NCBI GenBank assembly: GCA_963693365.1
Contig: CAVNZM010000011.1
Span: forward strand, 868,001-932,000
DNA from: Amoebidium appalachense
Taxonomy: Eukaryota; Protista; Ichthyosporea
Length of the DNA: 64,000 bases
Direction of reading: 5' to 3'
Shown: piece after piece, positions 38,097 through 64,000 of the stretch
How the letters are laid out: every line of letters begins with the position of its first letter
How positions within the stretch are numbered: position 1 is the stretch's first letter
Made by a program: the position numbers and the translations under genes
Notes under the pieces: model-generated
What the model saw: only the letters and a program-made list of their open reading frames with translations
What the model was told of the DNA's origin: nothing
The model's database searches: none

Positions 38097-38141
<45 letters not shown>

Positions 38142-39189
38142 TTCCCCTCCCTCCCCTCCCTACGTACGCACAGACTTATAAGGGTTCAGGTGTAACACAC
38201 AAAAGTAACATGTTACAACGGGCACAGGCACACCAAGGCAGTTCCTGGGTGTCATAGACCTCACTCTCGACGAATCAGATGACCCCCCTCCACCCCCACA
38301 CCCCCCTCCAACCCACAATACCATAAATATTCCCGACACTCAAACGGTTCACCCCGAACCAGCCAAGAGGACGCACTCGGAGACGGAATCGGTAGAGAAC
38401 ATAGAGACGGGGATTTCAGCAGAGGAACCGAGATTGAAAAAGAGTCGCACGATTGTGCCATCTTTCAAAGCTGTGCGTTTCCCTGGCCCGCAACAGCAGA
38501 TTTCACACCCCCAGGATGACAGCGGGGGTCTAAGAGATAAGAAAAAGTCTATGGAGGAGGACGATGGGCAGAACCATAGCGACAAAGGGGGCGAATGTTG
38601 TGGCGAAAAGCCCACGGAAAGGAAATGGTCGTGTATTTTCACTGCATGCAAGTTTACCACGACGGATAGAGATGAAATGAAAAAACACAAGAGTGAACAC
38701 CACGGAGGCCACAAATGTCATCGTAACAACTGTGACGCTGTTTTTGCCACCAAGAAGTCACTCTGGCAACATGAAACCAACGTCCATCTCAAGTTCACGT
38801 GCACATATGACGGGTGTAAGTGTCGCTACGCAAACAGAAATTCCTTGTCCCTGCATAGTCGTGCACACCAGAACGCCCCGCCCAACTTTCCCTTCATATG
38901 CAATCTCAGTCGGTGTCCTTACACATTTTCCACCGAACCCGAACTGGAAAAACATCGGAAACATCACGGTATGAAGAAAGAGGATTCGAAACGGTATATC
39001 TGCCTGGAGCAACAGTGCGGTTTACGGTTTAAATATGGCACAGGGTTGAGAAGACACATTGAAAGGGCGCACGGTGGGGATGGGAAGGACCGGACGCCCA
39101 AGTATTTGTGTGTGAACGATGGGTGCCGGGAGGTATTTGACAAGGGGGTGGCACTAGCCAATCACAAGAGGGGATGTCGTTACGGATAG
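33640..39189 (+). CDS. C2H2 zinc-finger protein B (5 C2H2 + 1 C2HC fingers) with N-terminal SAM-like module and long Pro-rich linker
   Basis: Exons 33640-33777, 34345-34548, ~35159-35318, 35946-36517, 37170-37326, 38279-39189 (middle exons less certain, but phases are consistent). Finger array CIFTAC, CHRNNC, CTYDGC, CNLSRC, CLEQQC, CVNDGC in the last exon. Confidence 0.8.
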
Positions 39190-39298
39190 GGCCATACAAC
39201 TCGAGCTGTATTGTATCCGAAAAATGCGTCAGAGGTTGGCTGGGAAGAGCTACTGTGTACAGGATGTGCAAGAAGTGATTTTTTAGTTTTATTTTTCG

Positions 39299-39334
<36 letters not shown>

Positions 39335-40076
39335 CAGACTCTCCGACTGTCTGCATATTCTTTGTGGCGAAATCTCACACCCACCTATGCCATCGCCGGA
39401 TTAGACTGTTGCAACCGGTGGCATTGCAATGTACTGTGGAGAATCATCGAAGCTCAACAAAAATTTTCCCAATGAAACACTGTCGGTTTGTCTGTTTAAA
39501 TTTTTGATTTCAAATTATTTTTTCTTGGTACCTTTCTGATCTGACTTGGACTTCTAGCCGGTGAACAAATAGAAAACTATGAAAATTGAGAGCGAGCGAG
39601 AGAAAAGGAGGGAGGGGGGAGGGGGAGGGGGAGGGCGGGGAGGGGGGTGTTCTGGAATGGGCATGTGTTCAATCCTAGGAAGGGCACTGATGGCCCACAA
39701 CATAGACAATCGGATAGTTCGCGGTGGCATGATATATGGTCAGTGGTCTCGAACATAAAGTCGCTTGCAGGTGTACCCTACGATAGGCCCTATGTACATG
39801 TAATCGTAGGGACTACATGCAGATGCCATCTAAATTTTACTGACAGCATCTCCCCCCCCCCCCCCCCCCCCCCCCAGGCCAGCCCTGTTTATATCCAGAC
39901 CCCCCTTCCCCCCCCCTCCCAAAAAAACGAAAAAAGAGAGAGAGAGAGAGAATCATACGAAGAATATGCGACACAACGAAAAGAAAAAAAGACCAAAAGG
40001 CAGTGACTTTCATTCCGGATCCTTTTCCTTCTTCCTTTTTCCCTTTCTTTCCTCTTTCCCCCCTCCCGGCCTCCCC

Positions 40077-40114
<38 letters not shown>

Positions 40115-40190
40115 CAATTTTTGATATCTTTTCTTTTCTTCTCCCCTTTCCCACTTTCCTTTCTCCTTCCCCCCTCCCCCCCGGCCCTTA

Positions 40191-40270
<80 letters not shown>

Positions 40271-40412
40271 TGGGGGGGGAAGCCTTAGGGGGGTTAAAGG
40301 GGGCGAGGGGGGGGGATGGGGATGGGCCCAAGGCCCGGGGTAGCGCTTGGCCACCCAGTACAAGCCGGGCACTAATTAGCTGGCGAGAAGCTTCGTGACA
40401 CGTGTACGGACG

Positions 40413-40443
<31 letters not shown>

Positions 40444-42084
40444 AGAAAGAGAGAGAGAGTGTGTGTGTGTGGCAGTGTGTGTCGTGTTCGCGTGCACGTG
40501 TGTTTGTGTGCACTTGTGCGTGTGTGCGTGCGTGTGTGCGCGTGCGTGTGTGAACATGTGTGCGTGTGCGCGCATGTATGTATGTATGCCATGGATGCGT
40601 GTGTGCATGCAGTAATACACAATGTTGACGCGTGTGGCCATGGCTGTGTGGCCACTGGATACATGTGTGTTCCGTGCGTGTGCGTGTGCGTGTGTGTGGG
40701 CACTTTGTGTATAATATTCGTGTGGCGCACGTGCGGGTGTGACGACGTATATTGAATGATTCAGACTTCTTCGAACCCGGCTTCTCAGACGATACCCCCC
40801 CTGTCTCTCTCTAACATTATTAACTTCAAGCAATTGATCGATGATATCCGCTGTACATGTGTTTGTCGTTCATGCGGCCACGTTACTACATATGCATAGC
40901 CTACTACAATCCTGTAGACTGTAGCCTGTAGGACACTTGATCACGCATCCTGTCCGCGAGTACTTTTGTAATCATTGCAATTTGACACATCATGATCAGT
41001 AGGTACGTACTACCGTAGTAATATTACAGGCCAGAGTGGGTACACGCGCCGTATGTACTGTTGCTACATCTGTGTCCACCTTGATCCCCCCGCCGCGGAC
41101 AAGCCTGTGCCACTGTTGGCAACAGATAGCCACTCACGCCAAACAAGAGGTGTTTAGGAGACGTAAGGGGGTAGGATGACCATGCGGGGAGAAACTAATA
41201 TAGTCTGTTTTCTCATCAAACCTTGCAAGTTGATTTGCACTTGCCAAGGTCCAAGTTGAATAAACCGGGGCCAACGTGCTGTGCAGATGAAACAAGATAA
41301 ATTCAACAAATGAAAATCGCCGATGTTTAGCCTTTTTCAACATGCATCTTAGATCTGTCCCACAGGCACTCGATCCTCCTACACTTGAGCAGAGTAACGG
41401 AATAGGGGCTTCATGTAACCGAAACAAACTTTTAGGTTACCTTTGGTTTAAAACATTTCTTTTGTGTTCAAGATTCAAAATTGTATCTCTGTACACATTA
41501 AAGTTTTTTAACTAATTTTGAAGTTGGATAAGATGAATTATATCTTTGAGGAGACGAAAAGCTTATGTAAATAGCTTCTTAAGTCTACCACACCTTGGTA
41601 ACGGTTATTCAGAAATTCACTAAATATGTGTAAGAGCCCCAGATGCCTGATTTTAATGGGAGCGTGCCACGCATGCCACACATTCCTCCCGTGCTCTCAG
41701 TACACTTCACCTTTGCCTTTGTGTATAACCGTAGACAACGCACTTGGTCGCCTGAAAGGTTTCAAATGGTGTGCTTGCGTGTATTTCCTATAGAGTAGGA
41801 TATAAATAGAGCGCCTTCGATTGATATACGTATGCTGGCATAAACTATACTCAGCCCAGCTTGGTGGAGCCAACTGACTTCCTTTCTCCAGTTCAGGCAG
41901 TTCACAAGTCAAAACAGGGCCCCGCTTATCATAGGTTTTGAAAAATACCCAGTTGTAAAGTTTAGCCTGTGGGTGACTTGTATAGACCGGGTTATGCACC
42001 TATATATGCGCTAATAAGTCATTAGGTAGGCCACTCAGTGCTATGGCAGCATCAACAAGGAGGAAGCAGCTCGTGTAGTGCAAG

Positions 42085-63586
<21,502 letters not shown>

Positions 63587-63967
63587 GTATGTGGATGGAA
63601 TGCTTGGAATGTGTGGAATGTGTGTGCAGGAATGTAGGGCATAGGGAATGCTTGGGGCATGTAGGTGCAGGCAGGACGGTAGCTATATGCGGGAGGAAGG
63701 TTTTGCACAGATTGGGAGTTGGGGGAGGAGAGGGGGGGGGGGGGGGGGGGGAGGGGGGGGGGGGAGGAGGGGAGTGGGGAGTGGTCTATGAATTTATGAT
63801 CGGGATTACATACGACAGTAGTTCCACTGCGCAAACACCTCCTATCTCCCCCCCAACCCACACCCCTTCCCGCCTCTCCCCTCCTCTTCCTCCCTAGACA
63901 AACACACGCACACATGTGCCTCCAACCCAGGGATCTACCGCCGGGATACACAATCCTCACCCCCCTC

Positions 63968-64000
<33 letters not shown>

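Overview
Intron-rich eukaryotic DNA (an opisthokont or holozoan-like protist by gene content; the species cannot be determined). Introns are packed with C/G/A/T homopolymers and (CA)n/(GT)n/(GA)n microsatellites, so most entries in the ORF track are artefacts. Reading exons by hand gives: (1) the 3' part of an M48 zinc metallopeptidase gene (+); (2) a decayed importin-alpha-like ARM gene (-) with an intact single-ORF endonuclease/reverse-transcriptase LINE inserted in one of its exons; (3) a 10-exon PLP-dependent threonine/serine dehydratase-family gene (+); (4) two divergently oriented C2H2 zinc-finger genes that share an unannotated ~100-aa N-terminal SAM-like module with identical intron positions, separated by a degraded intronless OTU-like ORF island and two TIR-bounded non-autonomous elements; (5) the 5' 22 kb of a giant secreted modular protein gene (signal peptide, lectin-like domain, 18 EGF exons, a bacterial-type carbohydrate-binding domain, SEA, mucin stalk, and a very long left-handed beta-helix with furin-type sites). 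The best candidates for new biology are the SAM-like/zinc-finger paralog family and the architecture of the secreted protein. All family assignments are by motif recognition; no database search was run.
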